64,000 nt of DNA. It comes from Candidatus Poribacteria bacterium (GTDB taxonomy: Bacteria > Poribacteria > WGA-4E > WGA-3G). Shown in pieces: positions 30,343 through 40,711 of this stretch. The notes beneath the pieces are model-generated. The model ran no database searches. It saw only the letters and a program-made list of their open reading frames with translations, and had not been told where the DNA came from. The position numbers and the translations under genes are program-made. The DNA is taken from contig CBDBFU010000020.1 in the NCBI GenBank assembly GCA_965205025.1, positions 256,001 through 320,000 of the forward strand, read 5' to 3'. Each line of letters starts with the position of its first letter. Within the stretch, counting starts at the first letter, position 1.

Positions 30343-30381
30343 TTTTACAACTGTTGTAAATGTTTTACAACAGTTGTAAAA
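30343..30381. repeat. Nested palindrome: 18-bp perfect hairpin whose arms are each near-palindromic
   Basis: ttttacaactgttgtaaa-tgt-tttacaacagttgtaaaa. Confidence 0.85.
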
Positions 30382-30878
30382 AGGAAATCGAAATCTCATA
30401 CCACTACAAACCTATACCAGAACAGGGTTTAGAACACTTCAAACATAAAAAGAGTATGAATTTTCAAAAAAAATAAAAATTCTAACAATTTTTTAGGTAT
30501 TTCTAACAAACCCTTTCTAGAACTGACTTTAGAGCAGTTCAAAAATAGGATATTTAAAAATTGTGTTGTAAAAATTAAACTATGGTGTATCTGATAATTA
30601 TGAATCAATAATCACATCTACAGAAAGAAGATAGAGCAATAAATAGGAAGATAAGAAATGACAATCCAACATTTTCATAAAAATACAATAAGACAGAGAA
30701 AAAATAGTGAAAGACTTCAACGCTCAGAAAAACCAGTAAAACCAGAAAATGGCATAAAACACAAAATTCTTAAATTTCAAGAAAATTACCATAAACCCAG
30801 TCTTATACAGGGATTAGAACAATATTACAAAGTTACACCATGTAACGAAAAGTGTAACTTTTTCATTTTACTACTGCG

Positions 30879-30990
30879 TATCTCATTAATACAGTTCCTC
30901 TTCGTAGGGACGGGGTCTCCCCGTCCGTATTTTCGATATACAATACATGACAAGAACAATAAAGCATCCAAATATATAATTTATGGGATA
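30879..30990. mobile_element. MITE-like element family A, copy 2
   Basis: tatctcattaat...atttatgggata ends; identical gtagggacggggtctccccgtcc core at 30904-30926. Confidence 0.65.
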
Positions 30991-31080
30991 TGTTCTAATA
31001 TCTTGTCAAAATTGACGGTTAAGATATTTCACATTCATACGATCCCAATTCGATGGATTAGAAGTAAAGAAAAAGATACA

Positions 31081-31210
31081 AAAATCATAATTTTTGCAAA
31101 TTCTTTTAACCTTAAAAAAGTGGCTATGAACTTAGCATAGGACTGACGGGAGAGAGGTTATATCAATGTCACACCGTGTGACAAAAAGTGTAACTTTTTT
31201 ACATTTTTTC
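31081..31210 (+). repeat. Dispersed ~130-bp element, also at ~30770-30870 (+) and 61421-61560 (-)
   Basis: Core tcaatgtcacaccg(t/a)gtgacaaaaagtgtaacttttt has one mismatch to the reverse complement of 61431-61467; the flanks also align. Confidence 0.75.
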
Positions 31211-31368
31211 AACATATACGATGAATACGATAACAACACGATCTACTGACTGACTATTTAGGACTAATTATCTGTTTTATATCATTTGACTATAAGAAAA
31301 ATCAGTTATTGATGAGTATTCTCAAAATTATAAGTCTATTTTTTGGAGTTTTCTATATCAAAAATACC

Positions 31369-31438
31369 GTACTCCAGCAGAGTACTATGTCTATAGAAAA
31401 CAATATCGGAACAATCTGGCACTCCAGCGGAGTGCTAT
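31369..31438. repeat. Pair of small REP-like hairpins 50 bp apart
   Basis: gtactccagcagagtactat (31369) and gcactccagcggagtgctat (31419). Confidence 0.55.
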
Positions 31439-31881
31439 CTCCCAATACACTTCGTATGAAAACATATTAGTACTCAATACACACTTAAGTTATAGTGTAA
31501 TTAACGAATGTGATTCACGGAAAATTGGTCTAATTAAAATTATAAACCCTTATAGAATAAGGACTCGTAAAAACGCTCCGTGAAGGTTTCCGTGAAAGTG
31601 CTATCATTTCAAAACGATAGATATTAACACTTTTTACATTCACATTATCCATTCATCCAACAGAATTAGGTGTTCAATCTCACTTTGAAAGCAAGAGTAA
31701 CATTGTTTGTAAAATGATTTCAGAGATAAATATTGGTATCTACATACTATTGCAGCGTAATGTTAGTGACAAATACTTTACATACCCCTACCGTCCAATT
31801 TCGCTTGTATTCATGACATATTGTTGTTAAAATACAATGTTATTATTAATATCTTTTTATTCATTTTATTCTCATTTACAA

Positions 31882-32027
31882 TAACGTCAGTTTGATAATA
31901 AAAAATGTCAGTTCGATAAACAGAATTTTGTCCTGAAGATAGTCTTTGTAGCACAAACTTTCCAGTTTGTGCACTCTGTTGTTAACTAAAAGTTTGGGTT
32001 AAAATGTGTCTTATCAAACTCACGTTA
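31882..32027 (+). mobile_element. 146-bp MITE family B, copy 1, enclosing a GTAG-REP hairpin
   Basis: taacgtcagtttgataa...ttatcaaactcacgtta TIRs; internal gtagcacaaactttccagtttgtgc; near-identical copies at 46225 and 50082. Confidence 0.88.
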
Positions 32028-32282
32028 CAATAACTAAAATATGTAGGAAAAATCAATTTCAGGTTACGTAATAACAAGCTCGAATTACAACAAGGAATTC
32101 ACTGGAATATGGCATTAACATTGGTGGGTATGTAGAATTTAAAGGAATAATAGTTCATTCATTTACATCTTCCTTCCTAAAATCTTACTCACTAAAAAAG
32201 TGAATTTTATTGAAGATAAATTACATATAGAACATCATACAAGATAAAGACTAAAATTAATTAATAGAAGGCGACTAAAAAA

Positions 32283-33467
32283 TTGAAGAATATTTCTTCC
32301 AGGAATAATGTATTTCTCATTCTTGTAATCATTTTACAGTTGATTTTCTTACCAACATATTTTGCTGATGAACACTCAAAAGACGAAAATATCGTCACTG
32401 ATATTCCTGCTTATCCAGATACATCAACATATAAAATGCAGATTGGAGACAGTATTGTCGTTACAGTTGAAGGATTTCCCGAATATACTAAAGACCGCGT
32501 ACCTATCCCAGTACAACCTGATGGATTTATTTCATATCCTTTGATTGGATTAGTAAAAGCTACTGAATTAACTGTTTCAGAACTTGAACAGAGAATGCAG
32601 GAAGTATTTTCAGCAAAACTACCAAGTGCACGGGTTTTTGTAACATTGATGCAGCCGAAACGCACCATTCTTGTATTTGGAGCAGTTGAACGGCGTCCAC
32701 GAGGAAATTCTCACATATTTGAGACTGGACAAGTATATCTGATGCATGCTTTAGCTGCTGCAGAAATCAATTATGAATTGGCTGATCTGACAAAAATTTC
32801 AATATTACGAAATGGAAAGGTATTTAAGACTGTTAACTTTCTAGAACATATTGAATCAACAGATGGAGATATTCCATTGAAAGATTATGATATTGTGTTT
32901 GTGCCTTCGATCTATGAACATAGACGCATACGTGTAATAGGGGCTGTTGTTGTACCGGGGTATTATGCAATACAGAATGAACAGATTCCAGCATCACAAG
33001 GTTTGAAACTTGCAGGTGGTTCCAGATCAGATTTTGCTAATCTAAAGAAAGCTGAAATTATAACTGAATCCGGTAATACACCTGTAGATCTTACTTCAGA
33101 TAATGTTACTGCAATGTTGTCAGCTGGTGATACTTTATATGTTCCATTAGCTGAAGCAAAAATTAGCGTTGTAGGTGCAGTGGATAAACCCGGACAATAT
33201 GTTATAACTGAACCAGTTCTCTTACGTGATGCGGTAGCAATGGCAGGTGGATTAGATGAAGAAAAAGCAAATCCAAAAAAATGTATCCTAACCCGATCTA
33301 ATGGAACACAAGAGGAATTGAACTTCAATATTATCCAATCTGAAGTACTTATAAACCCTAACGACCAACTCCGTATTTTAGAAAGAACACGAATAGATTG
33401 GCGGGTTTTAAGTTTTGCTGCATCGCTAACAAGTTTGATTGTTAATGTTTGGTCAAGATACAGATAG
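32283..33467 (+). CDS. Polysaccharide export protein (Wza/Poly_export + SLBB domains)
   Basis: YKMQIGDSI, VQPDGFISYPLIG, repeated VxGAVxxPG and AGG SLBB motifs. Confidence 0.85.
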   Translation: MKNISSRNNVFLILVIILQLIFLPTYFADEHSKDENIVTDIPAYPDTSTYKMQIGDSIVVTVEGFPEYTKDRVPIPVQPDGFISYPLIGLVKATELTVSELEQRMQEVFSAKLPSARVFVTLMQPKRTILVFGAVERRPRGNSHIFETGQVYLMHALAAAEINYELADLTKISILRNGKVFKTVNFLEHIESTDGDIPLKDYDIVFVPSIYEHRRIRVIGAVVVPGYYAIQNEQIPASQGLKLAGGSRSDFANLKKAEIITESGNTPVDLTSDNVTAMLSAGDTLYVPLAEAKISVVGAVDKPGQYVITEPVLLRDAVAMAGGLDEEKANPKKCILTRSNGTQEELNFNIIQSEVLINPNDQLRILERTRIDWRVLSFAASLTSLIVNVWSRYR

Positions 33468-33541
33468 AAATACCATCATCAGAAATTCCACCACAAATTA
33501 TCTTCCAATAACAATGATATTGAAACAAGTATGAGGAAAAC

Positions 33542-35897
33542 ATGTCCGATTCAGATCGAAAGATTGATGAAATTACCGAAATACGAATATTAGATTATTT
33601 TTGGATGCTCTATAGAAATAAATGGAGTGTAATTGCAATATTCATACTTTGTGTGTTAGCAGCATTCATTATTTCAGATCTAACACCACCAGTTTATCAA
33701 TCTGAAACAACAATTCGCATCCTTGAAAGTCAAACACCATCTTCATTATTATCAGGTCTAACATTGACAGGTATACTTAAGGGACCTACCTTAGGTTCAT
33801 ACTCCATGTTGCTACAATCACGAGACCTTATTATCGCGCCTACAGTAAATGAACTTATAGCCGAAGGATTGATAGAACCGCAGCCAATCTATTATGGCAA
33901 GTGGTTAAAATCGTTAGCAAACTTTGTTAATATCAATATCGATTCATCTGAAACAGAACAGGGAGACCTAACTGATGAAGAGTGGAGAGACTTCTTTGTT
34001 AAGACACTCATTGATGAAAAAATTAAAATTGATGAATCTCAGGATGGAAATGTAATTACTTTTACAGTAAAACAGATGAAGCCAGAATATGCACAACTTC
34101 TATGTAATCGGATTGCTACTACATTGATAAATGTTGTTGAAACTGAGAAATCGGAGAATACGCGTTGGTGGGAAAAACCTCTACCGATAGAGATGTTGAG
34201 TGAAGCAGAAGATAAACTAAAAAAATCGGAGAAAGAACTGTTTGATTTTCAATTAACCAATCCACAATTGACTTTGAATGCGGAAGGTGGCACGCAAGCA
34301 CAAATTATTGTTTCTCTACAAATGAGCGAAAATGAAGTGACAAGTCAACTCATTGGGGCAGAATTACAATATATTGCATATAAAAACGAACTTGAGGATA
34401 TTGAAGAACAACTTATATCAAGTACAATCACCAGAAATCCAACATATTCCAAGCTGAAAGAAGACTTAAATGACTATGAAATTGAAAGAAAATCATTAAT
34501 TGGTAAGTACGGTGACGTTGTTCATCCTGAGATAACATCTTTGGATGAAAAAATCGCTGAAACAGAAAACCGACTTGAAAGTGAAGAAAAAGATCTTACA
34601 AGTACTACCTCTTCATATAACCCTTTACATCAAGTAATTTCACAGAAGATCAGTGAGACAGAAGCAGCCATAACCAGTTTAAAAGAACAAAAAAAAGATA
34701 TATCAGAAAAAATAGCAGCTACAATGAAACAATTTGGTGAATGGTCAACAGAACAGATGGAACTATTCAGAAAAAAACGTGATGTTTTAGAATATAATGC
34801 TCAAGTTGTGGCATTAACCGCTAAGATTCGGGAATCCCAACTAATTGATGAAGCACGAACAGAAAGTCTAAAGGTCTTAGATCAAGGTCGACTCCCAGAA
34901 GAACCAATTAAACCCAATATTAAGTTAAATCTTGTATTGGGGGCTTTTCTTGGTGGTTTATTAGGATTGACATTTGCAGTTGTTAAAAATTACATACAGG
35001 ATACTTATTTACGTTTAGAGGATTCAGTACGCCAACTGGACTCACTCCCAGAACCACCAAGTTTCCTTGGTATTATACCATCCATTAAGAAAAGTAGTAC
35101 ATATCGAATACCTCTTATCAGTCACGATGCACCAAATTCAAGAAGTGCTGAAGCATTTCGTGTAATTATGGCAAAATTACCGTTCTTGAATCCTGGTAAT
35201 GAGTTAAAGACGGTATTAATTACCAGTTCAATGCGTGGAGAAGGAAAAAGCACTGTTTCCTCTAATCTCGCAGCTGCAATCGCGCAAAGCGGAGAAAGAG
35301 TATTGCTTATAGATGCTGATATGCGTAGACCTTCCCAACATACATTTTTTGATATTCAACAACTGTTACAGATTTCATCCAATGATGAAAACACATTATC
35401 AGATGATACCACTTCATCCCAGACTGTAACACATAGTGATGCACGAAAACCGGGGGTTAAGTGAAGCACTCATATCCATTAAAGATGATAATCAGTATGA
35501 TGTATTCAACGCAACTGTAAGAGATACTGGAATTCCTAATTTACACTTAATCCCTGGTGGAACAGTTCCCCCAAATCCGATTGAATTATTGAATTCGGAT
35601 ATGATGACGCAATTTTTAGAAATTGCTAAAACTGAATACGATATAATAATCATAGATTCCCCACCTGTCCGTGCAGTTGCTGATCCAATAATTTTAGCTA
35701 CAGTAACTGATGCTGTAGTGTATCTATTTGATATCACCAAGACTAAAAAGTTTGATGTATTGACAGGGATTAAACATCTTAAGGAAGTTCTTCCTGGTAA
35801 AGGTATTGGTGTGCTTTGCAATATGATAAATCCAAAGCATGCAAAATCGTATGGATATTATAATAAACACTCTGGATACTATGAACTCTCTGAGTAG
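33542..35897 (+). CDS. wzc: Wzc/GumC-type polysaccharide co-polymerase with BY-kinase domain; frameshift at G5 35452-35456
   Basis: Two TMs, coiled coil, Walker A GEGKS, LLIDADMRRP. ORF 35436-35897 has PPNPIELL, IIIDSPP and a Tyr cluster (YGYY..GYY). Confidence 0.85.
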
Positions 35898-35959
35898 AAT
35901 TTGGTGTTTTATCTTTACTGTGCTAATATACGAGAAAAGTTTAAAGGAGACATATAATA

Positions 35960-36829
35960 ATGTTTAAAGTCGGTGTAATCGGAGATGAAGTATCACAAGA
36001 CTTTGAAACCGTAGTGAATTTTGTAAAAGATTTCAATTTGGATTCAATAGAAATTCGATCTGTATGGGATAAACCACCACATCAACTTACAAATGCAGAT
36101 ATTGATAAGATGAAGGGGTTATTAGATGGAACAGATATTGAGATCATTGGTATTGCATCCCCTTTCTTCAAATGTGATATGGATAATGCAGAAGAGAGAA
36201 AAGAACATCTTGATATTCTCACTGGATGTATCCGTACTGCCAAAGCCTTTGATACAAATCTAATCAGGACATTTGTATTTTGGGATACTGGCAAGACAGA
36301 GGAACGTTGGGATGAAGTAATCTCGGCTTACGATGAACCTTTAAGGATAATTGATGGTGAAGGTATAATCTTAGGCATGGAGAACGAATCAACTACATCC
36401 CTTAGTACTGCTAAACTTACTGCCAAGTTTATTGAAGAAATTGATTCCCCGAATATACGCGGTATTTGGGATCCTGCAAATGAGGCACACGCAACTGACG
36501 GTGAGACTCCCTACCCTGATGCTTACAACCGTATGAAACCGACTATGATACATGCACATTTAAAGGATGCAGGACCAAATCCTGAATCTGGTGAGATTGA
36601 ATCAGTCCCAGTGGGAGATGGTGTTATTGACTGGCAAGGACAATTACAAGCATTTGTTGATGAGGGTTATGAAGGACATCTCTGTTTAGAAACGCACTGG
36701 AGACCTACATTAAAAATTGAAGAAGATCTACTCAATAGACCTGGAGGAAAAGCCTTCTCAGAAGCTGGTGAAGAAGCTTCACGTATCTGTATTGAGAAAC
36801 TTCAAGAGATGATAAATAATTTGACTTAG
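35960..36829 (+). CDS. Sugar phosphate isomerase/epimerase (xylose isomerase-like TIM barrel)
   Basis: GMENE, WDPAN, HAHLKD, GDGVIDW, LETH. Confidence 0.8.
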   Translation: MFKVGVIGDEVSQDFETVVNFVKDFNLDSIEIRSVWDKPPHQLTNADIDKMKGLLDGTDIEIIGIASPFFKCDMDNAEERKEHLDILTGCIRTAKAFDTNLIRTFVFWDTGKTEERWDEVISAYDEPLRIIDGEGIILGMENESTTSLSTAKLTAKFIEEIDSPNIRGIWDPANEAHATDGETPYPDAYNRMKPTMIHAHLKDAGPNPESGEIESVPVGDGVIDWQGQLQAFVDEGYEGHLCLETHWRPTLKIEEDLLNRPGGKAFSEAGEEASRICIEKLQEMINNLT

Positions 36830-36904
36830 TAATCTTCCTCAATATGAAATTGAGAGATAGATAAAGTGATTTCATGTAGTAAATGAAAGGTATCACCCAC
36901 AGAG

Positions 36905-37990
36905 ATGAAAATCAATGCAGTTCGAACAGCCCTTTATGATATTCCACCCCAAGTAGAACGTACGGATGCTATACAGGCATTTGTCTCTATGGAATTTCCA
37001 TATATTGAGATTGAAGATGAAGATGGTGTTGTTGGCACCGGTTTTTCCTACACCATAGGTAAAGGTGGTGAAGCAATTCGACAGATTATAGATGCTTATC
37101 TCACACCTATCCTTCTTGAAGAGGATGCATCTAATATAGACCGTATTTGGAATCGGATGTGGATGGAGACACACTGGGTTGGAAGAGGTGGAATAGTTGG
37201 CTTAGGTATCGCTGCTGTTGATATTGCTTTATGGGATTTGATGGCAAAACGTGCTAATCTACCATTATTTCGATTACTTGGTGGAGCAAGATCTGAAGTA
37301 CCAGTTTACAATACCGATGGGGGTTGGTTACATCTCACTGAAGATGAACTGGTTAAACAATCAGTCGAATATATCGAACAGGGATATAAAGGTATCAAGA
37401 TCAAAGTAGGTCGGGATAGTTTACATGAAGATGTTGCCAGAATTTTTGCTGTCAGAAAAGCGATAGGACAAGATCCATATTTGATGATTGACGCAAATAT
37501 GAAATGGAATGCCCGCGAAGCAATTCAACTTGCATGTCGTGTTGAGGAAGCAGACTTATTCTGGTTTGAAGAACCAATAGAAGCAGATGATGTAAAAAGT
37601 CATGTTGAATTAAAGCAAAAAACCACAATTCCAATTGCAATCGGTGAAACCATCTACAATAAGATTGTATTTAAGGAATACATCTCTCAAGAAGCAGCAG
37701 ACATACTTCAACCGGATGCAGTACGCGTGGGTGGTATATCAGAATGGATGAAAGTTGCACATACTGCAGAATGCTTCGGTTTATCTGTCTCTCCGCACTT
37801 TTTAATGGATTTACATGTTCATCTCTCTGCTGCCGTACCACATTCACTTTTCGTTGAATACATTCCATCTCTCGACCTTGTCCTAAGTGATACACTCACT
37901 CTGAAAGATGGACATTTTTCACCACCTGATCGTCCTGGACACGGGATAATGTTTGATAATGAGAAATTAAAACAGTACCAAATATCATAG
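36905..37990 (+). CDS. Mandelate racemase/muconate lactonizing (enolase superfamily) enzyme, probably an acid-sugar dehydratase
   Basis: AAVDIALWD, KIKVG, MIDAN, WFEEP, IAIGE, QPD..GGI. Confidence 0.88.
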   Translation: MKINAVRTALYDIPPQVERTDAIQAFVSMEFPYIEIEDEDGVVGTGFSYTIGKGGEAIRQIIDAYLTPILLEEDASNIDRIWNRMWMETHWVGRGGIVGLGIAAVDIALWDLMAKRANLPLFRLLGGARSEVPVYNTDGGWLHLTEDELVKQSVEYIEQGYKGIKIKVGRDSLHEDVARIFAVRKAIGQDPYLMIDANMKWNAREAIQLACRVEEADLFWFEEPIEADDVKSHVELKQKTTIPIAIGETIYNKIVFKEYISQEAADILQPDAVRVGGISEWMKVAHTAECFGLSVSPHFLMDLHVHLSAAVPHSLFVEYIPSLDLVLSDTLTLKDGHFSPPDRPGHGIMFDNEKLKQYQIS

Positions 37991-38040
37991 GAGATTGTCA
38001 TTACATTACACGTCTACTAATATAAACTTGAAGAAATGCT

Positions 38041-38751
38041 GTGAAACTTGAAAACCGTATAGCGATAATCACAGGCGGTGGACGCGGTATTGGTCGTGCA
38101 ACCGCCTTATCATTTGCAAATGAGGGTGCTGATATTGTTCTTGCTGCTCGTAGTGAAACAGAAATACACAATGTTGCAAAAGAGATTAAAAACCTTGGTA
38201 GAAATGCACTACCAATAGTGACTGATGTTCAATTAAAATCTAATGTTGAATCAATGGTTAATCAAGCAATTACGACATTTGGTAAGGTTGATATACTTGT
38301 AAACAACGCAGGTGTAGCAATCCACAATCCTATCCCAAACATTCGTGAAGAGGATTGGGATTTAACTATGGCTGTTAACCTTAAAGGTGTTTTTCTCTGT
38401 ACACAAGCAGTGTTCAGTCAGATGTGCCAACAAGAATATGGACATATTGTTAATATATCCTCTGTCTCTGGTAAATATGGACATGTGAATGGTGGTGCCT
38501 ATTGTGCGTCAAAATTTGCTGTGATTGGATTTACTGAGACAACCAACAATGAAGGAAGACAGTATGGGGTAAAAGCTTCCGTAGTTTGCCCGGGCCCAGT
38601 GGATACTAAGATGCGTCGTGACAACCATCCAGATGATGTGATTGAGCATTTAACACAACCAGAAGATGTAGCTGATCTCATTCTATTTCATGTCACGCAA
38701 TCCCCTCGGGCACACACACTTGAGAGCGTCATCAGAACACCGTTGATGTAG
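38041..38751 (+). CDS. Short-chain dehydrogenase/reductase
   Basis: TGGGRGIG, LVNNAG, YCASK. Confidence 0.9.
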   Translation: MKLENRIAIITGGGRGIGRATALSFANEGADIVLAARSETEIHNVAKEIKNLGRNALPIVTDVQLKSNVESMVNQAITTFGKVDILVNNAGVAIHNPIPNIREEDWDLTMAVNLKGVFLCTQAVFSQMCQQEYGHIVNISSVSGKYGHVNGGAYCASKFAVIGFTETTNNEGRQYGVKASVVCPGPVDTKMRRDNHPDDVIEHLTQPEDVADLILFHVTQSPRAHTLESVIRTPLM

Positions 38752-38807
38752 TGGAATATATTTGGAATGTGATAATAGGTAAGTTATCTCATCTTCATTA
38801 AATCAAT

Positions 38808-39584
38808 ATGTTTGTTGATTCACACACCCATATCCAACTCTCCCAGTTTAATCAAGACCGTGAATTAGTGCTTGAGCGTGCCAGAGCAGCTGAAGTGAAT
38901 ACCATTCTAATCATTGGATTTGACTTTGACACTTCTCTTGGTTCTATTGAACTTGCGGAAAAGCATGACAATCTGTATGCCACAGTAGGTATGCATCCCC
39001 ACGATGCAAATAAGTTAACCCCTGAGATATTAGATTCATTCCGTAGTAAATTAGAACACCCAAAGGTAATTGCTGTTGGTGAAATAGGTTTAGATTACTA
39101 TAGGAATCTCTCCCTCCCTGAAATACAAAAAGATGCATTTGAAAAGCAATTAGATCTTGCAGAAGAGTTGGATATGCCAATTATTATCCATAATCGTGAT
39201 GCTTATATGGACATTCTTCCCATCTTGGAAGGACGGAATGGTAAGATTTCAGGTGTATTACACTGTTTTACTGGTGATGTGGAATTGATGCATAGAAGCC
39301 TTGAGATAGGTTTTTATATTGGGATTGGTGGAATCGTAACCTATCCAAATGCAAAGGACTTACAAAAAGTCGCAAAGGAAATACCGCTTGAACGTTTGTT
39401 AATAGAAACTGATTGTCCATGGTTATCACCACAATTCAAACGTGGGAAACGAAATGAACCCTCTTATGTGCGTGCTGTTGCGGAAAAAATCGCAGAAATA
39501 CGAGACACGACTGTTGATTCAATAGGTCATATCACTACACAGAATTTCAATACACTGTTTGGGATTGATACTAAAAGGAATTAA
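38808..39584 (+). CDS. tatD: TatD-family DNase
   Basis: DSHTH, GMHPH, GEIGLDY, IIHNRDA, HCF, ETDCP, RNEP. Confidence 0.9.
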   Translation: MFVDSHTHIQLSQFNQDRELVLERARAAEVNTILIIGFDFDTSLGSIELAEKHDNLYATVGMHPHDANKLTPEILDSFRSKLEHPKVIAVGEIGLDYYRNLSLPEIQKDAFEKQLDLAEELDMPIIIHNRDAYMDILPILEGRNGKISGVLHCFTGDVELMHRSLEIGFYIGIGGIVTYPNAKDLQKVAKEIPLERLLIETDCPWLSPQFKRGKRNEPSYVRAVAEKIAEIRDTTVDSIGHITTQNFNTLFGIDTKRN

Positions 39585-39592
39585 CTCACTAT

Positions 39593-40702
39593 ATGAAGCA
39601 GCTAAATCTTCGCATGTATGGTATGGTAATAGCACTAGCATGTATATGGATTATATTCACGCTGCTGACAAATGGACTGTTCCTGAATACACGCAATCTC
39701 TCTAACCTTTCAAGGCAAGGGGCAGTGACAGCAATTCTTGCATTAGGTATGGTTTTGGTGATAATTTCTGCCAATATTGACCTATCGGTTGGTTTTGGGG
39801 CAGGTTTATTAGGGGCAATTACTGCAATTCTCAATATTTGGTGGGGAATACCCGTTTTCTGGACACTACTGATTGTAATATTTATTGGTATATGTATAGG
39901 AGGGATTCATGGTTTCCTTGTGGCATATCAACGGGTACCAGCATTTATTGTAACACTTGGTGGATTCTTGGTCTACCGAGGTATGATGTTAGGATTCACG
40001 AGAGGAGAGACAATACTTCTACAGGATAATTGGTTAAAGGCAATCGGTACAGCCCATTTGTCTAATACATTTGGCTGGGTTATAATGGGTGTTGGTATAT
40101 GTATTAGTAGCTATATCTTTTTCCGACAGATATCATCTATTCAATCAGAATACACTTGTAGTGCTTTTATATCTATTATTTTCAGATTTATATTTACACT
40201 TGTTGGTGTCATAGCTTTTGTTTATGTAATGAATTCATATAAAGGGATTCCAATTCCAGCATGTATTCTAATTGGATTAGCCTTCTTAATCCACTTTATA
40301 GCTAATCATACACGATTTGGGAGATATGTGTATGCTGTTGGAGGTAATTCTGAAGCTGCATATCTATCTGGAATCAATGTTCGAAATGTAACCTTACGCG
40401 TTTTTGTAATTATGGGAGTATTGATGGCAATTGCAGGAATAGTTATGACAGCACGTCTCGGTAGTGCAGGACCTGAGGCAGGACGCTTACTCGAATTAGA
40501 TGCAATTGCAGCATGTGTCATAGGTGGTGCGAGTTTAATGGGTGGTCGAGGGACAATCTTTGGAGCAATTTTAGGTGCATTTGTAATGGCAAGTCTAAGC
40601 AATGGTATGAGTATGGCAAATTTTGATAATGCATGGCAAGATATTGTTAAAGGTGTAGTACTTGTAACTGCAGTAGGATTTGATATGATTTCAAAAAAAT
40701 AG
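39593..40702 (+). CDS. Sugar ABC transporter permease (XylH-like)
   Basis: IDLSVG, PAFIVTLGG, FGRYVYAVGGN.EAA.LSGI, ELDAIAACVIGG. Confidence 0.88.
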   Translation: MKQLNLRMYGMVIALACIWIIFTLLTNGLFLNTRNLSNLSRQGAVTAILALGMVLVIISANIDLSVGFGAGLLGAITAILNIWWGIPVFWTLLIVIFIGICIGGIHGFLVAYQRVPAFIVTLGGFLVYRGMMLGFTRGETILLQDNWLKAIGTAHLSNTFGWVIMGVGICISSYIFFRQISSIQSEYTCSAFISIIFRFIFTLVGVIAFVYVMNSYKGIPIPACILIGLAFLIHFIANHTRFGRYVYAVGGNSEAAYLSGINVRNVTLRVFVIMGVLMAIAGIVMTARLGSAGPEAGRLLELDAIAACVIGGASLMGGRGTIFGAILGAFVMASLSNGMSMANFDNAWQDIVKGVVLVTAVGFDMISKK

Positions 40703-40711
40703 AGGAATTAC

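Noticed and set aside
30658-31140. 160-aa ORF as a real gene
   Set aside because: It reads through MITE family A and a dispersed repeat and has no recognisable domain; kept only as part of the repeat finding.
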